Shown: positions 28,425 to 38,590, counted from the first letter of the stretch. The stretch is DNA of 64,000 nt from Bacteroidota bacterium (GCA_040388455.1 JAZKBX010000038.1:80-64079); one strand, 5' to 3'. Notes: generated by a model not told the origin, from the sequence alone. A program made the numbers and translations.

Positions 28425-29689
28425 TGCTCTTCGATTTGCGATACTTCTTGGGTTATCTGGTTAAACAATTGAAGTATTTCTGTTGGAACTGGATTGCTAT
28501 AAGTTGATTCATATATCCTTGAAAAAATATCCAAAGGCTGCAATTCATCCAGCCTATCCTGTGCAATGGATTGCATTTGGCTGTCAACATGGTTTACTGG
28601 ATATTTTACATTGATCGTTGCCAAGCGTATATGTTTACCTGTTATTGCTGTTTCAATTTTATATCTAAGCGCAGGCTCTGGTCTGTCCAATAACACACGA
28701 ACTTCAAGATAAGGTGCGAATTCAAGGCTTCCACTAATATTGGGTAATTGCGCCAAAGCATCTAGGACGTCAGCCATTGTACTATGAACCTCTGGTATAC
28801 TTTGCACAGGAATGGCCACAGGAATCTCGATTGTCCTAATTTCTTTTACCTCTCCGTTTTCTATTTCAAACACCACTACCTGGTGTCTGTAATTACGTTC
28901 TGAAAATGACATAGGAATAGGACTGCCACTGTATCGTATATGCTCTTTGCCTCCAATACGCTGTGCTTTATGAATATGCCCCAGACCAACATACTTTATA
29001 TCTGAATTAAAAGCTGTTGCTGAAATACATTCCACGCCACCCATAATAAGCCTTTCGGTTTTGTCCATTTCAGTAATTTCGGCCTGTTGAGCATGTAAAT
29101 GGCCCATGGCAATAACAGCATGACCATTTTGCCTTTTCTTTAAAGCGAATTCATAAGCCGAATTGTAAAAAGCAGCAACACCTTCTGTATATGGATTTTC
29201 ACATTCGGAAATTACAGGATAATCCCCCATACGTAAAAACGGAATAGCCATGCACCATGCCTGAACGTTCCCATCCTTATCTTTCAATGGAATGGTAAGT
29301 TTATCATAATTGATATTCCCCTCCCGGTCTTTTTCCACCAGCCCGATTATGTGAATATTGGAGGATTCCAACAAGGGCTTGGGAGATTCAAGCCTTGCAG
29401 CTGAATCGTGGTTTCCCGCTATAACTATAATTTGTAATTCAGGATTGGATCTTACAGCTTGGTTAAGAAATGTATAGAACATCTTTACTGAAGCAGCTGA
29501 TGGATTAGAGAGGTCGAATACATCACCGCTGATCAGTAATACATCGACCTCCTCATCTTGGATAGTTCCCACAAGCCAATTTAAAAATTGTTTGTGTTCA
29601 TAGGTACGGTCATATTCGTGAAATAACTGGCCGATATGCCAGTCAGCAGTGTGAAGTATTTTCATAAAAGTGTTTTTACTGTAATGCAA
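28421..29689 (-). CDS. sbcD: SbcD/Mre11-family nuclease
   Basis: Motifs ILHTADWHIG, SGDVFD and GNHD. ATGA overlap with sbcC. The real start is probably the Met of MKILHTADWH at 29665. Confidence 0.9.
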   Translation of the reverse strand: MHYSKNTFMKILHTADWHIGQLFHEYDRTYEHKQFLNWLVGTIQDEEVDVLLISGDVFDLSNPSAASVKMFYTFLNQAVRSNPELQIIVIAGNHDSAARLESPKPLLESSNIHIIGLVEKDREGNINYDKLTIPLKDKDGNVQAWCMAIPFLRMGDYPVISECENPYTEGVAAFYNSAYEFALKKRQNGHAVIAMGHLHAQQAEITEMDKTERLIMGGVECISATAFNSDIKYVGLGHIHKAQRIGGKEHIRYSGSPIPMSFSERNYRHQVVVFEIENGEVKEIRTIEIPVAIPVQSIPEVHSTMADVLDALAQLPNISGSLEFAPYLEVRVLLDRPEPALRYKIETAITGKHIRLATINVKYPVNHVDSQMQSIAQDRLDELQPLDIFSRIYESTYSNPVPTEILQLFNQITQEVSQIEEQ

Positions 29690-29799
29690 AGGTATTATAT
29701 ATAAACAATAAAAAAGGGACGGTTTACCGTCCTTGGTTCTTGCTAAATAACTGAATTTTACAAATATTCTTATATTTACCCTAAGTATTATTTTATGGT

Positions 29800-30432
29800 A
29801 TGGAAAAGATAACAGTCATTATTGCTGATGACAAGGCGCGATATAGAGATCTGATTTCTGATATGTTAGAGCCATCACGGGTATCTGTTATTGCCGAAGC
29901 TGAGAATGGAAAACAGTTACTTAATCTGCTTTGCAAAAAACAACCCGATATTGTATTGCTTGATCTTGAAATGCCGGTGATGGATGGAAATAAAACATTT
30001 GATGTTGTGAGTAAGGATTTTCCAGATGTGAAGGTTGTAATATTAAGTTTTTATTTTGAACAGGTTTTGGTTGATGATTACCTAAAACGTGGTGCAAAAG
30101 GCTATATTTCTAAAGATGTCTTAGAACCAGAATTATTAATGGAAGCTTTGACAGAAATACAAAACGGTGGTATTTATTTGCAGGAGAAATTAACACGAAA
30201 AAAAATATTTACTGAGAGACAAAAGGAAATAATGCCTTTTATCTTTGAAGGCATGACGAATAAAGAAATTGCAGACGAAATTTATATTACCGAACGTGCC
30301 ATTGAAAAACAACGACAAAAAATATATCAGAGGAGCGGAGCTAAAAAGGCCGTAGACTTTTATAAATATGCTTTTACCCGTGGCTTACAATTTTTAGGTG
30401 TAGTTAAGCAATCAAAGGATGCTAATCCATAA
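29800..30432 (+). CDS. NarL/FixJ (LuxR-type) response regulator, no cognate kinase in window
   Basis: 210 aa. REC domain (DIVLLDLEMPVMDG, KVVILS) plus a LuxR HTH (TERQKEIMPFIFEGMTNKEIADEIYITERAIEKQRQKIY). Confidence 0.85.
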   Translation: MEKITVIIADDKARYRDLISDMLEPSRVSVIAEAENGKQLLNLLCKKQPDIVLLDLEMPVMDGNKTFDVVSKDFPDVKVVILSFYFEQVLVDDYLKRGAKGYISKDVLEPELLMEALTEIQNGGIYLQEKLTRKKIFTERQKEIMPFIFEGMTNKEIADEIYITERAIEKQRQKIYQRSGAKKAVDFYKYAFTRGLQFLGVVKQSKDANP

Positions 30433-30802
30433 TTGCCTCTTTTAACGTTTATAATTTTTGACTATCTTGTTAATACTTTTATTTTTCAATAAAAATAGAT
30501 TTGTCCTTGGTAACAAGTATAGGCAAATATCGAGTCCCATCCACCTATTTTTTCGTATTATTGTTATCCAAAAAAGATTTCGGTATAGTTAAATAATATA
30601 GACAGAACTTATCAATGCTCATTTACCGATAAACAGAAGATAACCATAAAAAAGGGAGTAAAACGATGACAGCCGATTTGCGAAAAATTGCCCAAGGAGG
30701 CAAAGACATTGAATGGTGGGTGTCTCGTAATTTCGGAGATAAAACCTATTTGGATATTAAACAAATGGAAAAAGAAAGATGTTAAGCAATTAGACATATC
30801 AC

Positions 30803-33800
30803 ATGAAAATAATAAACAATCAGGATAAACTTCTTTTTGATGAGGTAAGCTCTAACATCGCTCCAGATTCTGAAGTGTTTATTGCTGTTGAATACGCCAG
30901 CGTATTATCACTTTATGAGTTAATTGCGAAATTTTCAAAAGCAAAATCAATTCAAATTTTAGTTGATAATAAATGTGCTGAAAATGATTTGCGCTTTACC
31001 TATGATGACGCAGAATCAAAGGCATACTTTGATTTAAAAGCAAAGTATAAAGCTGAACAGGTAAGTGAATTATTAAGCACCAAATGCCAGATTAGAGAAG
31101 GAAAAGTGGGGGGACAAAAATTTATTTTAATAAAAAACAAAAATAAAAACATCTGTTACTCAATTGTTCCCAATGATTTAAACCTGGTAACTCTTGGATT
31201 AATAAAATCAAACAATACCATTTACCTGAATGAATTTAGTGATGATGAAAACCAATATCTGAATATCTTTCAGAGTGTTTGGAGTAAAAGCAACAAGGAA
31301 ATTACACAACAAATAATAAATCTTGTTGACAAAGCTCATATTCTAAATTCCCCTGAACTGCTCTACAAGTTTACTTTGAACCACATCTTTCAAAACAAAA
31401 TCATAAACGAAATTTCGGAACAACGTTTGCGCAAAACTGGTTTTAAGGACACTATTGTTTGGGGAATGCTCTACAATTTCCAACAGGATGCGGTTCTGGG
31501 GGCTATAGATAAAATTGAAACATATGGTGGTTGTATAATAGCTGATTCGGTTGGTCTCGGAAAGACATTTGAGGCGTTAGCAATTATGAAGTATTATCAA
31601 TTGCGTAATGACCGCATTCTTGTTCTATGTCCCAAAAAATTACGTGACAATTGGGCTATTTATGGTCAAAATGATGTTCGGAATATTCTTTCGAAAGACC
31701 GTATGAATTTCGATGTGCTCAATCATACTGATTTAACCCGTGAAAGAGGATTTTCTGGTGATATTAATTTGGAAACAGTAAATTGGGGGAACTATGACTT
31801 AATTGTAATTGATGAGTCACATAATTTCCGGAATAATGACCCTCGCAAGGAAACCATCACTCGCTACCAACGCTTGATGAATGATATTATTCAATCTGGT
31901 GTTAAAACAAAAGTATTGATGTTATCAGCTACTCCAGTTAACACAAGAATGAACGATATAAAAAATCAAATTGCTTTTATCACCGAACAAAACGATAAAG
32001 CCTTAAAGCAATATGGGATTTCGAGTATTGAACAAACGTTGCGTAAGGCACAACAAAAGTTTAATCATTGGCTACGGACTAACACCAATGATAATACAAG
32101 CAGAGATACCCTGGTAAACAATTTAAGTGGTGACTATTTTAAATTACTTGATTTACTTACCATTGCCCGTTCAAGAAAACACATTGAGAAATATTATGAT
32201 GTGAGTGATATTGGGAAATTCCCTGTGCGATTAAAACCCATAAGTAAACACTCGGACTTTGATACAGCAGGCTCTTTCCCCGCAATGGACAAAGTAAACA
32301 ATGAGCTGAATGCCTTGAATTTGAAATTCTACTCTCCGCTCTCCTATGTGCGTGATGATAAAAAAGGGAGCTATGAAGAAAAGTATGACACTTTAACATC
32401 TAAAGGAATTTTCAAGCAATCGAATCGGGAAGAAAGTTTAATTCACTTGATGCGGGTGAATCTCCTTAAACGACTTGAAAGTTCTATTCATTCTTTCCGA
32501 TTAACGCTTGAATCTTTGTTGGCGCAAATTGATGATTTACTTTCTAAAGTTGAAAATGCCCAGAGTACAGAATTCTTTAACAGCGACCTGGATATAACCT
32601 CAGTAGATTTTGATGATGACAACCTGGAAGATTTATTGGTTGGTGGGAAGGTAAAAGTATTGCTCCAGGATATAGATTTGATAAAGTGCAAAGAAGATTT
32701 GTTGGATGATAAAAGGCGATTAGAGAATATTCATTCTCAAACACTGGTAGTTGATGCATCAAGGGATGCGAAGTTAAAGGATTTAAAGGAATTGATTTTA
32801 TACAAAATTCAAAACCCATTAAATAAGGATAATAAAAAAGTGGTTGTGTTTTCTGCTTTTGCCGACACAGTAAAATATCTCTATTCGCAGTTAAGCCCTT
32901 GGTTGTATGAGCTGAAATTATATTCTGCACAAGTAACTGGTGGTGATACAAACAAGACTAACATGCCTAACTGTAAGACAGGATTGAGTTCTATTTTAAT
33001 AAACTTTTCCCCTCTTTCTAAAAAAAGAAATGCGGTTTATCCTGATGAAAAAAATCAAATTGATATTTTGTTTTGTACAGATTGTATTTCAGAAGGTCAG
33101 AACTTACAGGATTGTGATTACCTTGTAAATTACGATATACACTGGAATCCAGTTCGTATTATTCAACGCTTTGGACGTATTGACCGAATAGGTTCAGTAA
33201 ATGAAAAAATTCAATTGGTTAACTTTTTCCCTAACCTGGACCTTGACAGCTATATTGATTTGATAGGCCGTGTAAAAGGACGTATGCAAATTCTGGATGT
33301 TTCGGCTACTGGCGACGATAACATCATTGATGAAACCGCAAGTCAGAATCAGGATTTGGATTACAGAAAAAAACAATTGAAACAACTTCAAAATCAAATA
33401 CTTGATTTAGAAGATATTGAAGGTGGTATTTCCATTACAGATTTGACTTTCAATGATTTTAAAATTGATGCAGACCGATTAACAATTGATGAAAAAGAAC
33501 TTTTTGATTTAACACCGAAGGGCATATTTTCTATCACCCCAAATAATTTGAAAGACGGACAACAAGGTGTCATTTTTTGTTTAAAAGAGTTACAAGTCGC
33601 AGAAGAGGATATTTATGCAAATAATGCTATTTACCCTTACGCACTTTGCTATGTAAACGAAAAAGGTGAAGTGTTTATTCCAAGTAATAACCCAAAGCGT
33701 TGCCTTGATTATTTTAAAAAGCTTTCCTTAGGAAAAACGGAAGTTACAAGTAATCTTATTGCTGAGTTTAATAGACAAACTAAAAGTGGCAAGAACATGG

Positions 33801-33958
33801 ACGCTTATGTTTCACTTTTAGATAGTGCAATGAAAAACATCAAAGGTGCTGATGAAGAACTGGGTTTGGACTCACTTGCAACCCCAGGAGGAACAGCAAT
33901 TACTAAGAAAGATATTAATGCTCCTTTTGAAATTGTATCGTTTTTAATTGTTAAATAA
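30803..33958 (+). CDS. SNF2-family helicase with N-terminal degenerate PLD-like region
   Basis: 1051 aa. Motifs ADSVGLGKTFEA, LIVIDESHNFRN, LSATP and helicase-C CISEGQNLQD...WNPVRIIQRFGRIDRIGS. Confidence 0.85.
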   Translation: MKIINNQDKLLFDEVSSNIAPDSEVFIAVEYASVLSLYELIAKFSKAKSIQILVDNKCAENDLRFTYDDAESKAYFDLKAKYKAEQVSELLSTKCQIREGKVGGQKFILIKNKNKNICYSIVPNDLNLVTLGLIKSNNTIYLNEFSDDENQYLNIFQSVWSKSNKEITQQIINLVDKAHILNSPELLYKFTLNHIFQNKIINEISEQRLRKTGFKDTIVWGMLYNFQQDAVLGAIDKIETYGGCIIADSVGLGKTFEALAIMKYYQLRNDRILVLCPKKLRDNWAIYGQNDVRNILSKDRMNFDVLNHTDLTRERGFSGDINLETVNWGNYDLIVIDESHNFRNNDPRKETITRYQRLMNDIIQSGVKTKVLMLSATPVNTRMNDIKNQIAFITEQNDKALKQYGISSIEQTLRKAQQKFNHWLRTNTNDNTSRDTLVNNLSGDYFKLLDLLTIARSRKHIEKYYDVSDIGKFPVRLKPISKHSDFDTAGSFPAMDKVNNELNALNLKFYSPLSYVRDDKKGSYEEKYDTLTSKGIFKQSNREESLIHLMRVNLLKRLESSIHSFRLTLESLLAQIDDLLSKVENAQSTEFFNSDLDITSVDFDDDNLEDLLVGGKVKVLLQDIDLIKCKEDLLDDKRRLENIHSQTLVVDASRDAKLKDLKELILYKIQNPLNKDNKKVVVFSAFADTVKYLYSQLSPWLYELKLYSAQVTGGDTNKTNMPNCKTGLSSILINFSPLSKKRNAVYPDEKNQIDILFCTDCISEGQNLQDCDYLVNYDIHWNPVRIIQRFGRIDRIGSVNEKIQLVNFFPNLDLDSYIDLIGRVKGRMQILDVSATGDDNIIDETASQNQDLDYRKKQLKQLQNQILDLEDIEGGISITDLTFNDFKIDADRLTIDEKELFDLTPKGIFSITPNNLKDGQQGVIFCLKELQVAEEDIYANNAIYPYALCYVNEKGEVFIPSNNPKRCLDYFKKLSLGKTEVTSNLIAEFNRQTKSGKNMDAYVSLLDSAMKNIKGADEELGLDSLATPGGTAITKKDINAPFEIVSFLIVK

Positions 33959-33961
33959 AGG

Positions 33962-34732
33962 GTGGAGAAATTAAATCAAATATTGCAATTGCCTGAAAGA
34001 TGCCTGGTGAGTAAAAAAATTACCAAGACTTTTTTTAAGCGTAATTTTGATTTAACACTTTCTGAAAAGAAACTACTGGAGGACTCATCTGCAATTATAA
34101 AAATTGATTGGCTGTCTTCATTAAAACCTAACCAGGTTAATATTGAAGGTTATACTGATAGCCAAATAATTTTTGAAGAAATTCAGGTAATAAGTGTTTT
34201 AACCAATGAAAACGATTTCGAAAAAAACAAACAGAAAATTATTGACCTGGTTCAGAAATTCATCCCTTATCATATTTTGCTTTGTGTGTATAATGCTAAT
34301 GAGTTTGTGTTAAACACCTGCAATAAGAGGATAAGCCTTAATGATTATAACAAACGTACTATCGAAAAAAGTTTTATTACTGAAACAATTTCAATAATTG
34401 AACCTACAGATAAACAACAGGCATTTTTAACAAGTTTGGCATTTGAGAATTTGGATAAGCACAATTTAAAATCACTATACGATTCATACTCACAATGCAT
34501 AACGGCTCTTCAAACAGCAAAATTAACGGGTGAATTTATCAGGCGACCAATTGAACAAAGTAAACAGGATGTAGGAATTCTTGATAGAATTAATAAATTA
34601 GAGAGCGAAATACTATTGCTCCAGAATCAGGCAAACAAGGAAACGCAATTAAATACGCAGGTAAAAATAAACGCTGAGGTACAGTTTCGTAGAAAAGAAA
34701 TTGAAGGTTTAAAACATAAACTCATTAACTAA
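33962..34732 (+). CDS. DUF4391-like protein
   Basis: 256 aa with a GTG start 3 nt after the SNF2 stop. The pattern ...KKITKTFF...IIKIDWL...FEEIQVISV...KFIPYHILLCVY resembles DUF4391, a family usually found beside SNF2 and methylase genes. Confidence 0.55.
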   Translation: MEKLNQILQLPERCLVSKKITKTFFKRNFDLTLSEKKLLEDSSAIIKIDWLSSLKPNQVNIEGYTDSQIIFEEIQVISVLTNENDFEKNKQKIIDLVQKFIPYHILLCVYNANEFVLNTCNKRISLNDYNKRTIEKSFITETISIIEPTDKQQAFLTSLAFENLDKHNLKSLYDSYSQCITALQTAKLTGEFIRRPIEQSKQDVGILDRINKLESEILLLQNQANKETQLNTQVKINAEVQFRRKEIEGLKHKLIN

Positions 34733-34739
34733 ACACAAA

Positions 34740-36485
34740 ATGAATATAAGCAAAGTACATTTGCAGAACTTACTAAATACAGGAACCAATCAATATGTGA
34801 TTCCTTTTTTTCAACGCCCTTATGTTTGGAAAAAAGAAGATTGTGAAAGCTTGCTAGAAGATATTAACGAAACAGCAGAAAGGAATAAGGGCAATATTAT
34901 TAAAGAGCACTTTATTGGCACAATTATTACCAAATTTAAAGATGATAGTACTCAGATGAAAGCTGAATTTCACTTAGTTGATGGGCAGCAACGAATGACA
35001 ACTTTTTCTTTAGTATTAAAAGCATTAGCTAATTCCGTTGATTTAAGCCAACCGAAAGCAAATTTTCTTGTTGATAGTATAAATAGTTCTTTATCCTATA
35101 AGGATTCTTATGGAGATGAGCATTTCAGAATTGTTCATAATCGAATTGATAAGGAATATTTTTTGAAAGTGATGGGGTCAAATAATGAAACAAAATTTGA
35201 GGAAGCTGAAGGGCTGAATAAAATTATTGACACCTACAAATTTTTTAAAAATAATTTCATAGGTCTTTCTAACGAGGAGATATTGTTTATAAATCAAACT
35301 GTTTTAAACCGATTTCCAGCTATAAGTATGGTTTTAGAAAAACAGGATGATGAGCAAGAAATTTTTGATACAATCAATTCATTAGGGGTTAAATTAACAA
35401 CCTCCGAATTGTTAAAGAATTTTATTTTCAGTGATACAGCAACGCAAAAATTGTATACTTCTTTGTGGGAAGACGTTTTTGAGTCAGATGAAGAGACTAT
35501 CAAATTCTGGAACCTAAAGAAAACAGCAGGAAGGGTATATCGTGAAAATATTGATGTATTGTTATACTGTTATTTACTAATTGAACGTGAAAAAGATGTT
35601 TCCTTAGAACACTTGTTTAGAGATTACAAAGAATGGCTTGTTGGCAAAACCAGTGCTGATAAGAAACTATTTTTAGAAAACTTAAAAGTGTCAGCAGAAA
35701 TATTTTCAAATTTTCCATCTGGTACTGAATTAAACAATTTAAAATTTGATGAAATTGAAAAACGCTTTTTTCATGTTATTGAAAACCTAAACATAACTAC
35801 CATATATCCTTTGGTGCTATATTTATACAAGGAATTAACCAATTCTGTTGATAGACTTAAATGTTTAGAGTACTTAGAAAGTTATTTAGTAAGAAGAAAC
35901 ATATGTAAACTAACGACTAAAAATTACAATAATCTTTTTACGTCAATAGTAAAAAGCATCAAAGCATCAAAAGCTCCAACCATATTTGATGCATTAAAAG
36001 ATACAATACATGGCTATACTGAAGACACGAACCGTTTTCCAACAGATGATGATGTTAAAAATGGTTTTGCTCATTCAACACTTAGTAACCAACATGCGAA
36101 AGAAACGTTATTTATAATTGCGTTGTTTCAGATAAAAACGGTTCTTAATGATGTTACATTGCTTAGCTCCAATAGCTTTTCGGTAGAACATATGATGCCT
36201 AAAGCATGGGTGCAAAACTGGAATGATTCAAAGTTAACTTCAGAAGCAAAATTGCTTAGAAATCATACATTATTAACTTTAGGTAACTTAACAATAATAA
36301 CCAAAAACCTGAATAGCAAATTAAGAAATAGCTCTTGGAAAAACAAGCGTTCTATACTTCAGCAATTTTCTTCATTACCATTAACAACGCAATACACCAT
36401 TTTGGATAATTGGAACGAAGCAACTATTGAAAGTAGAGCATCTACATTACACAATTTGGCAATAAACATTTGGAAAAAATATTAA
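34740..36485 (+). CDS. GmrSD-like DUF262 + DUF1524 protein (type IV restriction-like)
   Basis: 581 aa. DUF262 motifs IPFFQRPYVWKKED and LVDGQQRMTTF. C-terminal His-Me/DUF1524-like FSVEHMMPKAW...LGNLTIITKNLNSKLRN. Confidence 0.8.
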   Translation: MNISKVHLQNLLNTGTNQYVIPFFQRPYVWKKEDCESLLEDINETAERNKGNIIKEHFIGTIITKFKDDSTQMKAEFHLVDGQQRMTTFSLVLKALANSVDLSQPKANFLVDSINSSLSYKDSYGDEHFRIVHNRIDKEYFLKVMGSNNETKFEEAEGLNKIIDTYKFFKNNFIGLSNEEILFINQTVLNRFPAISMVLEKQDDEQEIFDTINSLGVKLTTSELLKNFIFSDTATQKLYTSLWEDVFESDEETIKFWNLKKTAGRVYRENIDVLLYCYLLIEREKDVSLEHLFRDYKEWLVGKTSADKKLFLENLKVSAEIFSNFPSGTELNNLKFDEIEKRFFHVIENLNITTIYPLVLYLYKELTNSVDRLKCLEYLESYLVRRNICKLTTKNYNNLFTSIVKSIKASKAPTIFDALKDTIHGYTEDTNRFPTDDDVKNGFAHSTLSNQHAKETLFIIALFQIKTVLNDVTLLSSNSFSVEHMMPKAWVQNWNDSKLTSEAKLLRNHTLLTLGNLTIITKNLNSKLRNSSWKNKRSILQQFSSLPLTTQYTILDNWNEATIESRASTLHNLAINIWKKY

Positions 36486-36486
36486 T

Positions 36487-38580
36487 ATGGAAAAAATTAC
36501 GAAAGACCATCCACTAAGCAAGAGCGAAGATATTCTGCAAACGAATATTGAAACACTTAAAAAGTTATTCCCAACTATTGTAAAAGAGGGGAAGATTGAC
36601 ATGAAAGAGTTGGAAGCTTTGCTGAGTGATGAAATAGAAACTGCTGATGAATATTACCGTTTTAATTGGGCAGGAAAAAGTGATGCAAGGCGAGAATCAA
36701 ATAAGCCTAGCACAGCTACTTTACGCCCTTGCAAAGAGGAAAGTAAAAATTGGGATAACACGGAAAATGTTTTTATCGAAGGGGATAACTTAGAAGTTTT
36801 AAAACTATTACAAAAGAGTTATTCAAACAAAATTAAATTAATTTATATAGACCCCCCTTACAATAAGGGAAAAGACTTTGTTTATCAGGATAATTACTCT
36901 GATAATTTAAAAAACTATCTCCTAAAGTCTGGCCAAATTAACGAGGAAGGCAATAAAATTAGTACTAATACTGAAAGTGATGGGAGGTTTCATAGCAATT
37001 GGCTAAATATGATTTATCCTCGGTTGAAACTAGCTCGAAATTTGCTTAAAGAGGATGGAGCAATTTTTATTAGCATTGACAATAAAGAAGTTTTTAATCT
37101 TAAGAAGGTATGTGATGAGATATTTGGAGAAGAAAATTTTGTAGAATGTATTGCTTGGAATAAAAGGATTCCCAAAAACGATAAAGGAATTGGAAATATT
37201 CATGAATACATTTTGATTTATGCTCAAAAATTTTCAAGTGATTATGAATTTACAATGAGGAAGGAAGGGCTTGAGGATATTGAGGAATTGGTACAGAAGC
37301 TAAAAAAAAGCAAAACTCCAATTCCTGAAGCAGAAAAGGAAATTAAAATATTGTATAAAAAAAAGGGCTATGATAGAGGAATTACTCTTTACAATAGCTT
37401 AAGTGACGAATATCGCATTTGGGGGAAAATAAATATGAGTTGGCCAAATTCTGACACCTTCGGTCCAAGATATATTGTTTCTCACCCCATTTCAAAGAAG
37501 CCGATGAAAATTCCCCAAAGAGGATGGAGATGGAAAGAAGACACGTTTAAAGAGGCTGCTAAAATTGTAAATGGTACATATAATGAAATTATTGAATTGC
37601 ACGATGGCACTTTTTTATGCGGTCGAATTTGGTTTGATAAAGATGAAAATACACAGCCTAGTTCAATAAATTATTTGGACGAAGTAGATACATTTCTTTT
37701 AAGGTCAATATTGTCCAGTAAGAGTGATGGGGGGATTGAAGTGGAAGAATTGTTTGAAGGGAAAAGTTTTTTTTCTTACCCGAAACCAACCACCTTGATT
37801 CAATTGCTAATTAATTCAATGAAAATGGAGTCTAATGATATTGTTTTAGATTTTTTTGCTGGGTCAGGAACAACTGCAAATGCAGTGATGCAATTAAATT
37901 CGGAAGATGGTCTAAATCGGAAATATATTTGCGTTCAATTTCCAGAACCAACTGATGAAAAAAGCGAAGCACATAAGGCTGGTTTCCTTAATATTTCTGA
38001 AATTACAAAAGAACGTATAAGGAGGTCTGGAAATAAGATTATTTCCTCATTACAGACTAGGCTGAATGAAGATAAAAAGAAAACCGCTTCTCAACTTCAA
38101 TTTGACACCAATAGTCTTTCAAAAAATAATTTAACAACTGAAAGTCTTCTCGAAAAGCTAGATACAGGGTTTAAATCATTTAAATTAGACACAAGTAACA
38201 TCAATGCTTGGGACGGCAGCTTAATCAATTTCGAAAAGAATCTATTAAACTCTGAAACAAATATAAAAATTGACAGAACAGAAGATGACGTTCTATTTGA
38301 AGTTTTGCTCAAATATGGATTAAATCTGACGGTTCCTATTGAGGAAAAAACAATTGCAGGTTGTAAGGTATACAGTGTGGGTTTAGGAGCCTTGTTTGTT
38401 TGCCTTGCAGATAATATTACAACACAGGTAGCTGAGGACATTGGGAAATGGAAAGAAAAATTAAATCCAACCAGTTGTCGTGTATTGTTTAAAGACAATG
38501 GTTTTAAAGATGACGTTGCTAAAACTAATAGCGTTCAGATTCTAAAACGTTTTGCAATTCAAGAAATCAATAGCCTTTAA
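36487..38580 (+). CDS. mod: Type III-like N6-adenine DNA methyltransferase (Mod, beta-class order)
   Basis: 697 aa. Motif IV IYIDPPYNKG precedes motif I DFFAGSGTTANA. Confidence 0.85.
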   Translation: MEKITKDHPLSKSEDILQTNIETLKKLFPTIVKEGKIDMKELEALLSDEIETADEYYRFNWAGKSDARRESNKPSTATLRPCKEESKNWDNTENVFIEGDNLEVLKLLQKSYSNKIKLIYIDPPYNKGKDFVYQDNYSDNLKNYLLKSGQINEEGNKISTNTESDGRFHSNWLNMIYPRLKLARNLLKEDGAIFISIDNKEVFNLKKVCDEIFGEENFVECIAWNKRIPKNDKGIGNIHEYILIYAQKFSSDYEFTMRKEGLEDIEELVQKLKKSKTPIPEAEKEIKILYKKKGYDRGITLYNSLSDEYRIWGKINMSWPNSDTFGPRYIVSHPISKKPMKIPQRGWRWKEDTFKEAAKIVNGTYNEIIELHDGTFLCGRIWFDKDENTQPSSINYLDEVDTFLLRSILSSKSDGGIEVEELFEGKSFFSYPKPTTLIQLLINSMKMESNDIVLDFFAGSGTTANAVMQLNSEDGLNRKYICVQFPEPTDEKSEAHKAGFLNISEITKERIRRSGNKIISSLQTRLNEDKKKTASQLQFDTNSLSKNNLTTESLLEKLDTGFKSFKLDTSNINAWDGSLINFEKNLLNSETNIKIDRTEDDVLFEVLLKYGLNLTVPIEEKTIAGCKVYSVGLGALFVCLADNITTQVAEDIGKWKEKLNPTSCRVLFKDNGFKDDVAKTNSVQILKRFAIQEINSL

Positions 38581-38590
38581 TTTTGTAAGT

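Noticed and set aside
20887-28464. Plus-strand ORFs of 60-139 aa inside gajA, the OLD gene, sbcC and sbcD (for example 20887-21249, 23617-24036, 27556-27939, 28174-28464).
   Set aside because: All lie antisense to long ORFs with strong motifs. Their Ser/Leu/Phe-rich translations are what the reverse complement of Lys/Glu-rich coiled-coil coding would produce.
29716-29733. Hairpin ggacgg-ttta-ccgtcc with a T6 tract on the minus strand, just upstream of sbcD (possible terminator or attenuator).
   Set aside because: The stem is only 6 bp and there is no upstream minus-strand gene to terminate. The evidence is too weak to call.
30612-30797. 61-aa minus-strand ORF upstream of the SNF2 gene.
   Set aside because: It has no recognisable features and is antisense to the more plausible 39-codon plus-strand ORF. 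It lies within a promoter region.
37302-37364. Two A8 tracts inside mod as possible phase-variation switches.
   Set aside because: A8 runs encoding Lys-Lys-Lys are common in this AT-rich genome. They are shorter than the tracts usually associated with mod phase variation, and there are no tetra- or pentanucleotide repeats.
38552-38590. Upstream extension of the res ORF (track start 38552) overlapping the mod 3' end.
   Set aside because: MEIKFEKGLDYQRDAINS at 38591 matches the usual type III Res N-terminus. The extension would simply read through the mod stop region.
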